From contig CAYVDS010000005.1 in the NCBI GenBank assembly GCA_964450145.1, forward strand, positions 1-63,381: 63,381 nt of DNA, in the 5' to 3' direction. The translations under genes were made by a program, and so were the position numbers. This stretch comes from an uncultured bacterium (GTDB lineage Bacteria; Abyssobacteria; SURF-5). The notes under the pieces are model-generated. The model saw only the letters and a list, made by a program, of their open reading frames with translations. It was not told where the DNA came from and ran no database searches. Positions 63,376 through 63,381 of this stretch are shown here, piece after piece (positions within the stretch are counted from its first letter, which is position 1; each line of letters begins with the position of its first letter).

Positions 63376-63381
63376 TTTTTT

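Noticed and set aside
1-63381. CRISPR arrays, given the many short palindromic repeats
   Set aside because: Copies are dispersed singly or as 1.5 units, not in regularly spaced arrays with unique spacers. No cas genes are present.
1-63381. tRNA, rRNA, tmRNA, RNase P RNA, transposase/integrase, phage or defence-system genes
   Set aside because: I found no T-loop (GGTTCGAATCC-like) with a matching acceptor stem. I also found no conserved rRNA or RNase P blocks, and no DDE, tyrosine-recombinase, reverse-transcriptase or nuclease-NTPase ORFs. The by-eye scan is not exhaustive for small RNAs.

Overview
63.4-kb chromosomal segment from an unidentified, probably uncultivated bacterium. I recognise about 52 protein genes and no rRNA, tRNA, CRISPR array, transposase or integrase. 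Housekeeping blocks: ykgJ-like + carB; an ABC-2 exporter; yggS; pheS-pheT-zapB-like-zapA; pyrR-pyrB-pyrC-carA (carB lies 21 kb away on the other strand); gatA. Accessory blocks: (i) a divergent FabF-like ketosynthase followed by three sensor kinases, the middle one a pseudokinase, and an MMPL/RND exporter; (ii) two tandem undecahaem c-type cytochromes with C-terminal membrane anchors plus a cytochrome b subunit, behind a structured leader; (iii) a ferritin-like protein, an MshEN (c-di-GMP receptor motif)-FlhG/MinD ATPase fusion, and fur-feoB-Zn-ribbon-dtxR-apbE; (iv) an MDR dehydrogenase and an orphan LsrF-like aldolase; (v) a minus-strand operon encoding a three-component corrinoid methyltransferase system plus a DapA-family lyase, an unknown protein and a Leu/Val/Phe dehydrogenase; (vi) an ADP-forming acyl-CoA synthetase alpha subunit and a Tat-exported Fe/Mn SOD. 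The strongest non-genic signal is that almost every spacer longer than about 80 bp holds members of at least six short repeat families. Family A looks like GTAG-headed REP/REPIN doublets. Family B is a 35-43-bp perfect palindrome. Family C is a CCCCCC-TTTGCAAA-GGGGGG palindrome. Family D is a triple CGCAAAG direct repeat. There are also two long inverted-repeat types. Three copies sit in frame inside otherwise intact genes (DUF2723 glycosyltransferase, gamma-glutamyltransferase, ApbE). CDS starts were refined by arithmetic from the ORF track. Motifs located by eye are good to about +/-3 nt. All homology calls come from remembered family motifs, not from database searches.
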